A stretch of 64,000 bases of DNA from an uncultured delta proteobacterium (GTDB lineage Bacteria > Desulfobacterota > Syntrophia > Syntrophales > Fen-1087), in NCBI GenBank assembly GCA_963709485.1, contig CAVPWE010000006.1:11550-75549 (forward strand), read 5' to 3'. Below are positions 40,039 through 49,427 of the stretch, piece by piece. Positions within the stretch are counted from its first letter, which is position 1. Each line of letters opens with the position of its first letter. Below the pieces are notes generated by a model. The model did not search any database. It had not been told where the DNA came from and saw only the letters and a program-made list of their open reading frames with translations. A program made the position numbers and the translations under genes.

Positions 40039-40108
40039 GCTTTCCTCCCGATAATGGCTTTGGCGTCAAGGTTGATCAGAGACAACCTGCTTGAGCCGGT
40101 CATGCAGG

Positions 40109-40582
40109 TCATGTATTTTTTATGTAAAAGCGGTGGCCGTTCAACTGAATAAAAAAATCGTCCCCACATTCGTCGTATTCGATGTCGCCGGCGAGCTGAT
40201 AATAGCTCGCCCGTAAAAACCGGGCGTCGAAAGAACGATTTCTGATGGTGCAGTAAAGCACATTGTCCGACCCGATCCGGAGCGTCTCCGGATCCAGGGG
40301 CTCCACGGTATCGTCGGACAGGCGCAGATAAATGGTGGACCGGTCCTCATTTTCCGAAAAGGACCGATGGACCGACTTGACGACAAAGGGCGCGTCTTCA
40401 ACTTCAAGATAGCACCGGTCATTCGGAAGTTCAATCAAATAGCGGCCGGATTCGTCGCGCTTCAGATTCTGATAGAAAAAGTTAACGATTTCCCTTCTGA
40501 ACATTTCCGCGCCCTTGTAATACCAGACACCATCCTTGTCGATCCGTATGTTGCAAAAGGGAATGTTTTCCATGACTGTCAT
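40109..40582 (-). CDS. DUF1285-like conserved protein
   Basis: IRIDKDGVWYY, VEDAPF, ARFLRASYYQL. Confidence 0.7.
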   Translation of the reverse strand: MTVMENIPFCNIRIDKDGVWYYKGAEMFRREIVNFFYQNLKRDESGRYLIELPNDRCYLEVEDAPFVVKSVHRSFSENEDRSTIYLRLSDDTVEPLDPETLRIGSDNVLYCTIRNRSFDARFLRASYYQLAGDIEYDECGDDFFIQLNGHRFYIKNT

Positions 40583-40594
40583 GAAACCCCGCGC

Positions 40595-41044
40595 TCAGAA
40601 TTTTTTTCTGCTGTCCAGCAGCATGGTCACCGGACCGTCATTGACCAGTTCAACTTTCATCATGGCCTGGAATTCTCCACCCTGCACGTCCTCTATTTTT
40701 TCCGAAGCTTTCTGAATAAAGTAGGAATAGTGCGCCCGGGCCTGCCCGGGATCTTCAGCGCCCGTGAACGAGGGCCTTCGACCCTTGCGGCAGTCCCCCA
40801 GAAGCGTAAACTGGGATATAATCATGAGTCCGCCGCCCGTATCAACAAGGGAAAGGTTCATCTTCCCCTCCCGGTCTTCGAAAATCCTCAAATTAATGAC
40901 TTTTTCAACCAGGTAATCGGCATCTTCCCGCGTGTCGCCCTTTTCGACGCCAAGAAGGACGAGAAGGCCCTTCCCGATGGCTGAAATCACCTTCCCGTTG
41001 ACAGAAACTGATGTCTTATCGACTCTTTGCACGACCAATCGCAT
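40595..41044 (-). CDS. dtd: D-aminoacyl-tRNA deacylase
   Basis: MRLVVQRV, LRIFED, SQFTL, NDGPVT. Confidence 0.96.
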   Translation of the reverse strand: MRLVVQRVDKTSVSVNGKVISAIGKGLLVLLGVEKGDTREDADYLVEKVINLRIFEDREGKMNLSLVDTGGGLMIISQFTLLGDCRKGRRPSFTGAEDPGQARAHYSYFIQKASEKIEDVQGGEFQAMMKVELVNDGPVTMLLDSRKKF

Positions 41045-41188
41045 AATCGGTTCCGTTTCAAGAGGCTCGCATGTTAGCAATAAAGGGGAGACGCTTCAAG
41101 TTTTTTCTCGGCATCAAATTGCTTCAGACAAATTGGAACAGAAGGAGATGATGCAAAGGGGTGCCAGATTTATGTCGAGGGGGCGATT

Positions 41189-42223
41189 TCAGATCATGTC
41201 CGTCATTTCGGTAACGGCAAGGCTTTCCATCTCCGCGAACCGGCGGGACCCGGACGGTTCATGGAGAGGCAAATCCGCGACACGGGCGAAAGAATTTCTG
41301 ACAAATACTTCCCGGTCCTGCTTCGGATGCCTGATGCCGTAGCGAATCTTTTCCCGCTCTTTCCGGTTCATTTTCTGGATAACGTGCTTTGTGACCCAGA
41401 TGGATCCGCCACGCACAAATTCCGCCAGTCCGATCGCTTCTTGAAGGACCCCGTCAAAAGTTGCCGGCGAAATGCCGGTTGGCGTGTGCATGAAACCAAG
41501 ATATCCCTCTCCCTCGCTGATTCCGATATTCAGGTACAGCTCATTGAGCCACCCTTTCCTCAACCTCCATTCCGCCGTTACTTTCATCATTCCTTGCCGC
41601 ATGGTCATGGCGCAATGAATGGCATTCATCAGGTATGGGCTGTTGGGAGTTTTCAGAAAGTAAAAAACCATGATTCCCTGCCCCGGATGCCTGCCGCAGA
41701 GGCCGCGGCAACTTTTCACAGCCGACCATGTTGAACCCCATACCTGACGCACAAGATCGAAATATTCTTCGGGGTGCAGTTCCGCACGGAGGCGCTGCGC
41801 ATCCTGTATATCTGCGGCCAGGACGCAAAGTGAATGGTAGTCCGAAGCGCCCATCACGTAATCCTCGTGAACGCCGGATATCGGAATCTCTACGGACGGA
41901 TCCGGCAGAATTTCTTCAAACATGGAAACCTGGCTGTTGATATTCCGTTTCGGCACGGCAGGGGTCTGAGTTGCCGATGAAATTCTGTTCAGACGTTCCC
42001 GGATCGCTGCCATTGTAAAGCCATCTTTCTTTAGAGATTTGATCTGCTCAAGTGTCGTCAGCACAGAGTCCGGAAAGTAGCCGATCCTTTTCGCCCGCAC
42101 AATCGGGTCCGAAGGTTTTTGAACATCCGGCTTCGGCAAGATGTTCATTCTAATGTAGTTGTTGAGCGTTGCCCTTGAAATATTCGTTTTTTCAATTAAT
42201 TCAATGCTTGATATCCATCTCAT
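41189..42223 (-). CDS. MerR-like HTH fused to a degenerate class III nucleotide cyclase domain
   Basis: N-terminal ISRATLNNYIRMNILPKP...IGYF; C-terminal VLAADIQD, HPGQG, LNIGISEG, IWVT. Confidence 0.65.
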   Translation of the reverse strand: MRWISSIELIEKTNISRATLNNYIRMNILPKPDVQKPSDPIVRAKRIGYFPDSVLTTLEQIKSLKKDGFTMAAIRERLNRISSATQTPAVPKRNINSQVSMFEEILPDPSVEIPISGVHEDYVMGASDYHSLCVLAADIQDAQRLRAELHPEEYFDLVRQVWGSTWSAVKSCRGLCGRHPGQGIMVFYFLKTPNSPYLMNAIHCAMTMRQGMMKVTAEWRLRKGWLNELYLNIGISEGEGYLGFMHTPTGISPATFDGVLQEAIGLAEFVRGGSIWVTKHVIQKMNRKEREKIRYGIRHPKQDREVFVRNSFARVADLPLHEPSGSRRFAEMESLAVTEMTDMI

Positions 42224-42477
42224 TTTTTCGCCTTTCCAAACTGTACATGACCCAAGCGATACTGTTCAATCACGGTTTAGCCGGAGGAAAGTATGCCACT
42301 TGAACCGTATCCTGATCTTAACAAAAGAAATATTTTTGTCAATGATTGATTATACTGTATATGTGACTAATATTAAACAGTCTATATGATATAGATTAAT
42401 GTATAATAATCGATTATTTATATTGTCTAATATAATTTATTACATTAAATATGGTCCGCCTGCGATTCTCGAATCAT

Positions 42478-42506
42478 TTGCCAGGCAATCCTGAATATGG
42501 TATATT
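42478..42506 (+). promoter_or_regulatory. Sigma-70 promoter (extended -10), likely giving a leaderless mRNA
   Basis: TTGCCA, 17 nt spacer ending TGG, TATATT; ATG begins 7 nt after the -10. Confidence 0.5.
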
Positions 42507-42513
42507 TTAAAGC

Positions 42514-43854
42514 ATGAAAAAACACATTCTGCTGGTCAATCCGTGGATCTATGATTTTGCCGCATACGACTTCTGGATCGCACCGCTCGGACTGCTTTAC
42601 ATCGCATCTTTCTTGAGAAGAAACGGTTACGATGTCCAGTTCGTTGATTGCCTGTCCTCCCCTGCCCCGGAACATTGCCGCTACGGAAATAAACCCAGAA
42701 GGCTTCCCTCCGGACAGGGAAAATTCTTCAAGGAAAACATTGAAAAACCTGAGGCCTTGCGCGGCATCGAGAGGAAATACAGCCGCTATGGCATGCCGCC
42801 GGATGTATTTAAAAGGGCATTGAGAGACAGTCCCCGCCCCGATTTGATCTGCGTGACATCCATGATGACATACTGGTATCCTGCCGTGTTCGATGTCATC
42901 CTCGCCCTGAAGGAGGCGTTTCCGGGATCGCCTGTGATCCTGGGGGGAACCTACGCGACACTCTGCCCGGAACACGCCTCCCGATCCGGTGCGGATCTGA
43001 TCGTGTCCGGGGAAGGAGAGGCACGGCTACCCGAACTGTTGAATAATATTCTGGGCGACGAATGCGTCTTCGTCACGGATCCATCCGACCTGGACTCTTA
43101 TCCATACCCCGCCTTCGATCTTGCGGTGCGACGGGAACAGGTCTCCCTGCTCACATCCAGGGGGTGTCCGTTCCGCTGCGGTTACTGCGCATCCCATCTT
43201 CTCAATGACGGTTTCCGGCGGAGAGAACCCCATAAAGTGGCCGATGAAATCGAATACTGGAATAAATCTTTCGGGATCAGTCACTTCTCGTTCTACGATG
43301 ACGCCCTCCTGGTTCATCCAGACCAACTGGCGATCCCCCTCTTCAGGGAAATCATCAAAAGGGGTTTGGATTGCCATTTTCACTGTCCGAATGGTCTTCA
43401 CCTCCGCGAGATCACGCCGAAGCTGAGCCGTCTGATGTTCCGCGCGGGCGTGCGAACGCTACGATTCGGCTTCGAGACGTCGAATGCCGTCAGACAGCGG
43501 GAGACGGGCGGGAAAGTCAACAACGAAAATCTGCGGCACGCGGTTGCATGCCTGACGGAAGCGGGCTACCGGCCCCGGGAGATCGGGATTTACATCCTCT
43601 GCGGCATGCCCGGCCAATCGGCAGGCGAAGTCCGGGAAAGCATCTCCTACGTGTCGCAATGCGGCGCAAGGCCCATTATTGCCGAGTACTCCCCTATTCC
43701 GGGCACAGCCCTCTGGAGCGATTCCGTTCGGGAATCGCCGGACCCGATCTTGTCGGAGCCCCTGTATCAGAACAATTCCCTGCTGCCCTGCCGGAACCGC
43801 GATTTGACTTATGAGGTGTACCGGCATTGCAAGTTGCTGACGAGAATTGCTTGA
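42514..43854 (+). CDS. Cobalamin-binding radical SAM protein
   Basis: N-terminal B12-binding domain (LLVNP, PLGLLYIA, GGTYAT, GEGE); SRGCPFRCGYC; FYDD. Confidence 0.88.
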   Translation: MKKHILLVNPWIYDFAAYDFWIAPLGLLYIASFLRRNGYDVQFVDCLSSPAPEHCRYGNKPRRLPSGQGKFFKENIEKPEALRGIERKYSRYGMPPDVFKRALRDSPRPDLICVTSMMTYWYPAVFDVILALKEAFPGSPVILGGTYATLCPEHASRSGADLIVSGEGEARLPELLNNILGDECVFVTDPSDLDSYPYPAFDLAVRREQVSLLTSRGCPFRCGYCASHLLNDGFRRREPHKVADEIEYWNKSFGISHFSFYDDALLVHPDQLAIPLFREIIKRGLDCHFHCPNGLHLREITPKLSRLMFRAGVRTLRFGFETSNAVRQRETGGKVNNENLRHAVACLTEAGYRPREIGIYILCGMPGQSAGEVRESISYVSQCGARPIIAEYSPIPGTALWSDSVRESPDPILSEPLYQNNSLLPCRNRDLTYEVYRHCKLLTRIA

Positions 43855-43886
43855 CAGGATGTCCCGGATACGGCGATAATATTCAC

Positions 43887-44111
43887 ATGAATTCCTGGCT
43901 ATGGTGGACAAAGCAAGCCTTGTTGATGCTTTTCGCTGTCTTTTTTTTCATCCTGGGCATAGAGACCCTGATCGCCTCCTACCGGCTCAATAATCCCCTG
44001 ACCTTTATCATGGCCTTCTTCTCGGCCAGCCTGATCATTCTAGTTAGCGCTGTTGGCATTCTATATCCTGTCATACAGGTATACAGCCTGTTCAAAGCAA
44101 AGAAACAATGA
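43887..44111 (+). CDS. Small two-TM hypothetical protein
   Basis: 74 aa hydrophobic ORF; stop overlaps the M16 start (ATGA). Confidence 0.65.
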   Translation: MNSWLWWTKQALLMLFAVFFFILGIETLIASYRLNNPLTFIMAFFSASLIILVSAVGILYPVIQVYSLFKAKKQ

Positions 44112-45652
44112 TGACCGTAAACCGGAAACTCTACGGTGTTCTTATTCCGATCCTGCTTCTGGTCCTCGTCCGGCCTCTGATCGCGGCGGACTACGACCTT
44201 GAAAAGAAGGTCCGCAGGATCACGCTGAAAAACGGCTTGCGCGTCCTGCTCATGGAGAGGCACGTCAGCCCGACCGTGTCGCTTTATATCCGCTACCGGG
44301 CCGGCGCCGCCGATGAGATGAGCGGAAGGACCGGAACCGCCCATTTGCTGGAACACATGATGTTCAAGGGGACCACCTCCATCGGCACCCGGAATTACAG
44401 AAGGGAGAGAAAAATCCTGCAGGACATCAAGGAAACGGGTGCTCGTCTGGATCTCGAAAACATGAAAAGGGACAGGGCAGACCGGAATCGGATTCAAAAA
44501 CTGACCGAAACGCTCAAAGAACTCCATGCGGAGCACAGGAAGTGGGTGATCCCGAACGAAATCGATCGCCTCTACACGGAAAACGGGGCCGAGGACATGA
44601 ATGCCTCGACGGGGCAGGATGTCACGACTTATCATGTCAGTCTGCCGGCAAACCGGATCGAGCTTTGGGCCAGAATCGAATCGGACCGGATGACCCGTCC
44701 GGTGTTGCGGGAATTCTTTATGGAGCGGGACGTGATCATGGAGGAGCGGCGCCAGCGTATCGAATCCGACCCGGAGGGCAAGCTTGCGGAGCAGTTTTTT
44801 GCAGCTGCTTTTCAGGCACACCCCTACGGCCGCCCCATCCTCGGCTGGCCTGCCGACATGCGTTTCCTGAGCATGGACGAGACCGAGGCTTTCTTCAGGA
44901 AAACCCATGCCCCGAACAATACGGTCATTGCCGTGGTCGGCGATGTCAACCCGGAAGAAACGTTCAAAATCATCAACCGATACTTCGGCGGCATCCCGGC
45001 GCAGGACCTCGATCATTCCCCGATCACCGAGGAGCCGGTGCAGACCGGCGAACGAAGGGTCGATGTGACTTTCGACGCGAAACCTCAGCTGATGATCGGC
45101 TTTCACAAGCCCGCCCCGCCGTCTTTTGACGACTATGTGCTGGACGTGGCCGAGGCCGTTCTCTCGAAAGGCAGGACCTCCAGGCTGTACCGCAGTCTTG
45201 TGGAAGCGCAGCAACTGGCTGAAAATGCGGATGCAGTCAATGGAATGCCCGGTTCACGGTTTCCCAGCCTATTCGTCGTATCCGCAACTCCCCGCGCCCC
45301 GCACAGTGCCATCGACGTCGAAAATGCCGTTTACGCTGAACTGGAAAAACTCAAAGGGGAGCCCATCCCGGAGAGCGAACTGCAAAAGACGAAAAACCAG
45401 ATGAAGGCCGACTATATCCGTCATCTCAATTCGAATTCCGGGCTTGCCGGCATGTTGTCCTACTACGAAACGCTGATGGGCGACTTTCGCTACCTGACCA
45501 ATTACATCCAAGTCATTGAAAAAATCGGCCCGAATGACATCATGGAGGCTGCACGAAAATATTTTCAGAAGGAAAACAGAACCGTGGCCACGCTTTTATC
45601 CCGCGGCGGGGCCGAAAAGACGCAGCACAAATCATCGCCGGAGAAGCAATGA
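44108..45652 (+). CDS. M16B zinc peptidase, catalytic subunit (exported)
   Basis: Signal peptide; LKNGL; HLLEHMMFKGT (HxxEH); NAST; EERRQR; HPYGRP. Confidence 0.92.
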   Translation: MMTVNRKLYGVLIPILLLVLVRPLIAADYDLEKKVRRITLKNGLRVLLMERHVSPTVSLYIRYRAGAADEMSGRTGTAHLLEHMMFKGTTSIGTRNYRRERKILQDIKETGARLDLENMKRDRADRNRIQKLTETLKELHAEHRKWVIPNEIDRLYTENGAEDMNASTGQDVTTYHVSLPANRIELWARIESDRMTRPVLREFFMERDVIMEERRQRIESDPEGKLAEQFFAAAFQAHPYGRPILGWPADMRFLSMDETEAFFRKTHAPNNTVIAVVGDVNPEETFKIINRYFGGIPAQDLDHSPITEEPVQTGERRVDVTFDAKPQLMIGFHKPAPPSFDDYVLDVAEAVLSKGRTSRLYRSLVEAQQLAENADAVNGMPGSRFPSLFVVSATPRAPHSAIDVENAVYAELEKLKGEPIPESELQKTKNQMKADYIRHLNSNSGLAGMLSYYETLMGDFRYLTNYIQVIEKIGPNDIMEAARKYFQKENRTVATLLSRGGAEKTQHKSSPEKQ

Positions 45653-47079
45653 ACATGAAGAAAAAGATTCTGACGCTTTCCCTGCTATCCCTTCTGTTCA
45701 TCCCGCACGCTTCAGCCGCCGGAGACGCTCACTTCATTGCGGCAACACCGGCGGACCGGCTTGTGTTCAAAGCTCTTTCCTTCAGCCCACCTGAGGCGCT
45801 GCGCCTGGTCATGGACAACGGCATCATCCTGTACTTCCTCGAAGATCATGAATTGCCACTGGTCAACATATCCGTCGTTTTCCGGACGGGCGCCGCTTAC
45901 GAACCGGCCGGCAAAGCCGGTCTCGCCGGTCTGACGGCGCGAACGATGCGGACCGGAGGCGCCGGGACGATGCCGGGCGGTGAAATCGACGATGTCCTCG
46001 CTTTTCATGGGATATCCCTGCAGATCTCGATGGAAGCGGACATGGGCCTGGCGCATCTGTCCGCCCTGCAAGGGGATTGGATGAAGGGATTCGAAATCAT
46101 GTCGCAGATGCTTATGAATCCGGCCTTTGAAGAGAAAAAGATGCAACTGGCCAAAGACCTGGCCATCGAAGATCTTCGCGGCATTGTCGACGATCCTTCC
46201 AGATATGCCTTCCGGGAATTTAGAAAGCTCCTTTACCGGGGGGACGCAAGGGGGAACCTGGCCACACCGGCATCCATCCGTTCCATCCAGCGCTCCGACC
46301 TGGTTGATTTTCACCGGCGCTTCCTGTTCCCGCAGAACCTCATGATCACGATAACAGGGGACATCACGAAGGCCGAGGCGGTCAGCGCGATCGGCCGTTG
46401 CCTGGGTGCATGGCGTGTCCCGGGACAAGCCGAAAGAATTCCGAAACCGTCCGTCCGCGGGGACGGGTCCGTCTATCATATTCAGAAGGATGTCCCGCAG
46501 TCGATCATCATTTCCGGCCGGTTTGGCCCGTCCAAAAAAGACGGCGATTTTTACACCTTCACCGTTCTTGATTTCATCCTGGGAAGCGGCGGCTTTCGCT
46601 CGCGGCTCTTCCAGGAAATCCGGAGCAACCGGGGTTTGGCATACAGCACGGGCAGCTTTTTCAAAGCAAGGGACGATTACGGCACCTTCGGCGCCTACGC
46701 CCTGACCAAATCATCTTCGACCGCGGAGGTCCTTGCGTTGATACAAACGCTGCTCCGGGATATAAAAGAAAATGGGGTCGGCGAAAGCGAGCTTTCCTGG
46801 GCGAAAAAATCTCTGACCAACAGCTTCATCTTCTCATTTCAATCCATCGATCAGATCGCGCTCTCACAGATGATGATCGAATATGACGGACTGCCCGGGG
46901 ATTTTCTTCAAACCTACACAACGAAAATCAACGAAGTCAGCTTAAGCGACATCCGGAGCGCCGCAAGCCGCTACTATGACCATCGGGATTTTGTGACGCT
47001 GGTCCTCGGGAACGAGAAGGGCTTTGAAAAGCCCCTCCCCGGGCCGGGAACGGCAATCCGAATTGAAGGCACGCTATGA
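45649..47079 (+). CDS. M16B peptidase, non-catalytic partner subunit
   Basis: Signal peptide; no HxxEH; SRLFQEIRSNRGLAYS (R/Y pair). Confidence 0.88.
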   Translation: MNMKKKILTLSLLSLLFIPHASAAGDAHFIAATPADRLVFKALSFSPPEALRLVMDNGIILYFLEDHELPLVNISVVFRTGAAYEPAGKAGLAGLTARTMRTGGAGTMPGGEIDDVLAFHGISLQISMEADMGLAHLSALQGDWMKGFEIMSQMLMNPAFEEKKMQLAKDLAIEDLRGIVDDPSRYAFREFRKLLYRGDARGNLATPASIRSIQRSDLVDFHRRFLFPQNLMITITGDITKAEAVSAIGRCLGAWRVPGQAERIPKPSVRGDGSVYHIQKDVPQSIIISGRFGPSKKDGDFYTFTVLDFILGSGGFRSRLFQEIRSNRGLAYSTGSFFKARDDYGTFGAYALTKSSSTAEVLALIQTLLRDIKENGVGESELSWAKKSLTNSFIFSFQSIDQIALSQMMIEYDGLPGDFLQTYTTKINEVSLSDIRSAASRYYDHRDFVTLVLGNEKGFEKPLPGPGTAIRIEGTL

Positions 47080-48317
47080 TTGACCAGGCAACCTTTGAGA
47101 ACGTCCGGAAGCGGATCGACAGTTATCGGGAAGCGATGATCCAAATGCAGATCGGACTGACGGCAATTCCCGCCCTCTCCCCCGACAACGGCGGCGATGG
47201 AGAGTACGAAAAAGCGCAGTATCTCCTTTCAAACCTTCGGCATCTCGGATTCACGGGCATTCGGGAAATCAATGCCCCCGACAGCCGGGTTTCCTCGGGA
47301 ATCCGTCCCAACATCATCGTTACCCTACCCGGCGGAAAAAGCGGCCGGACGGTCTGGATTCTGACCCATCTGGACATCGTTCCACCCGGTGAAATGAAGT
47401 TCTGGGATCGCGATCCCTACCAGGGTTATGTGAAAGGCGATCGCATATACGGACGGGGCACCGAGGACAATCAGCAGGACCTCGTCGCCTCCCTCTTCGC
47501 CGCCAAGGCTTTTCTGGACGAAGGCATCTTGCCGGAGAGCAACATCGGGCTCGCCTTCGTATCCGATGAGGAAACGGCCAGCCGCTGGGGACTCGCCTAC
47601 CTCCTTCAGCATGAAAACAACCCCTTTAAAAAAACCGACTTTCTGGTCATCCCCGATTCGGGAAACGAGGAGGGAACGATGATTGAAGTGGCGGAGAAAA
47701 GCATCTACTGGCTCCGTTTCAAAACCGTCGGCAAGCAATGCCATGCCAGCAAACCCGAACTCGGGAACAATGCCTTCCTGGCAGCCTCCCATCTCGTTGT
47801 GCGGCTGGACGAACTGCACCAGGCCTTTGCCGCCGTCGACACCCGCTATCATCCGCCGATGAGTACATTTCAGCCCACGAAAAAGGAAATGAATGTCCCC
47901 AACGTCAACACCATTCCCGGCGAAGACGTCTTTTATCTGGACTGCCGGATTCTGCCGCAATACCCCTTGAAGGACATACACAGGCGAATCCGGAGCATGG
48001 CCGACGAGATTGAACGCAGGTTCAGCGTTACTGTTGAAATCGAAGCAGTGCAGGATGTGCAGGCCCCAGCGCCCACCCCCGGCGATGCCCCGGTCGTCCT
48101 GGCGCTCCAGGAGGCCATCCGGTCGGTTTATCAAGTCCGCGCCAATCCCGAAGGAATCGGTGCGGGAACGGTTGCCGCCTATTTCCGGCGGGAGGGTTAT
48201 CCCGCAGCGGTCTGGTGCAGAATCGGACAGACGGCGCACCAGCCCAACGAGAATTGCCTCATTTCCAGCATGATGGGAAATGCCAAGGTCTATGCGCATC
48301 TGTTCCTGCAAAAATGA
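47076..48317 (+). CDS. M20 metallo-hydrolase (ArgE/DapE-like)
   Basis: HLDIVP, GRGTEDN, DEE, C-terminal AHQPNE. Confidence 0.85.
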   Translation: MIDQATFENVRKRIDSYREAMIQMQIGLTAIPALSPDNGGDGEYEKAQYLLSNLRHLGFTGIREINAPDSRVSSGIRPNIIVTLPGGKSGRTVWILTHLDIVPPGEMKFWDRDPYQGYVKGDRIYGRGTEDNQQDLVASLFAAKAFLDEGILPESNIGLAFVSDEETASRWGLAYLLQHENNPFKKTDFLVIPDSGNEEGTMIEVAEKSIYWLRFKTVGKQCHASKPELGNNAFLAASHLVVRLDELHQAFAAVDTRYHPPMSTFQPTKKEMNVPNVNTIPGEDVFYLDCRILPQYPLKDIHRRIRSMADEIERRFSVTVEIEAVQDVQAPAPTPGDAPVVLALQEAIRSVYQVRANPEGIGAGTVAAYFRREGYPAAVWCRIGQTAHQPNENCLISSMMGNAKVYAHLFLQK

Positions 48318-48422
48318 TTGCAATCCGAAAACGCGCATGATAGCCTTCGCGACAAATATGAATCGGCGCGACACCCCCGGCAGCCAGGCTTCCGGAAACC
48401 CTTCAACGGGACTGATAGTGGC

Positions 48423-49427
48423 GTGAAGCTAAAGTCTGCATTTCCTTCGGTCGAGAAAATTTCTTTCGAGAACACCGAAAATCTGATCGGCCTTTTCGGC
48501 GAGCACGATCAGCATCTGAAGCTCCTGGAAAAACTGGAGCCCGTCAAGCTGGCGGTGCGGGGCAACATTCTCTCCATTTCCGGCGATACGCCGGCTGTCG
48601 CACTGACGAAAAATCTGCTTCTTCAACTTCATTCCATCCTGCAGAAAGGCTATCCCCTGTACGCGGCCGACATCAATTATGCGCACAGAATCCTCTCGGA
48701 AAACAAGGCGACCGACCTGGAAAAAATCTTTCTGGATACGGTTTTCATCTCTTCCAAGAAAAGGGTCATCACCCCGAAAAGCATTGCCCAGAAACAGTAT
48801 ATTGATTCCATCCGCCACTCCGACATGGTTTTCGGCATTGGTCCGGCCGGCACCGGGAAAACCTATCTGGCCATGGCCATGGCCGTTTCTGCATTGCTCG
48901 AAAAGAAGGTCAGCCGGATCGCCCTGGCAAGGCCGGCCGTGGAAGCCGGCGAAAAACTCGGATTCCTGCCGGGAGACCTCGCGGAGAAGGTCAATCCTTA
49001 TCTGAGGCCGCTCTACGACGCCCTTTTTGACATGATCGACTTCGATCGCGCTTCGGCCCTGATCCATAAAGGGGTGATTGAAGTCGCGCCGCTCGCTTTC
49101 ATGCGCGGCCGCACGCTGAATGATTCATTTGTCATTCTTGATGAAGCCCAGAATACCACCTCCGAACAGATGAAAATGTTCCTGACAAGGCTCGGATTCG
49201 GTTCAAAGGCGGTCATTACCGGCGATGTGACCCAGATCGATCTCCCGGCGGACAAAACGCCCGGGCTGATCGAGGCCGAAAGAATCCTGAAGAATACCGG
49301 AGGAATCCGCTTCATTCATTTTTCGGATATCGATGTCGTCAGGCACCCCCTTGTTCAGGATGTCATCCGGGCCTACAACCGTCTGGACCGTGAAAAAATA
49401 ACAAGCAGAACCCGTTCGTCGACATGA
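48423..49427 (+). CDS. phoH: PhoH-like ATPase (start uncertain)
   Basis: GPAGTGKTYLA, RPAVEAGEKLGFLPG, MRGRTL, LDEAQN, DVVRHPLV. Confidence 0.93.
   Translation: MKLKSAFPSVEKISFENTENLIGLFGEHDQHLKLLEKLEPVKLAVRGNILSISGDTPAVALTKNLLLQLHSILQKGYPLYAADINYAHRILSENKATDLEKIFLDTVFISSKKRVITPKSIAQKQYIDSIRHSDMVFGIGPAGTGKTYLAMAMAVSALLEKKVSRIALARPAVEAGEKLGFLPGDLAEKVNPYLRPLYDALFDMIDFDRASALIHKGVIEVAPLAFMRGRTLNDSFVILDEAQNTTSEQMKMFLTRLGFGSKAVITGDVTQIDLPADKTPGLIEAERILKNTGGIRFIHFSDIDVVRHPLVQDVIRAYNRLDREKITSRTRSST

Noticed and set aside
42355-42381. LexA box (CTGT...ACAG)
   Set aside because: Spacing is far longer than 8 nt.
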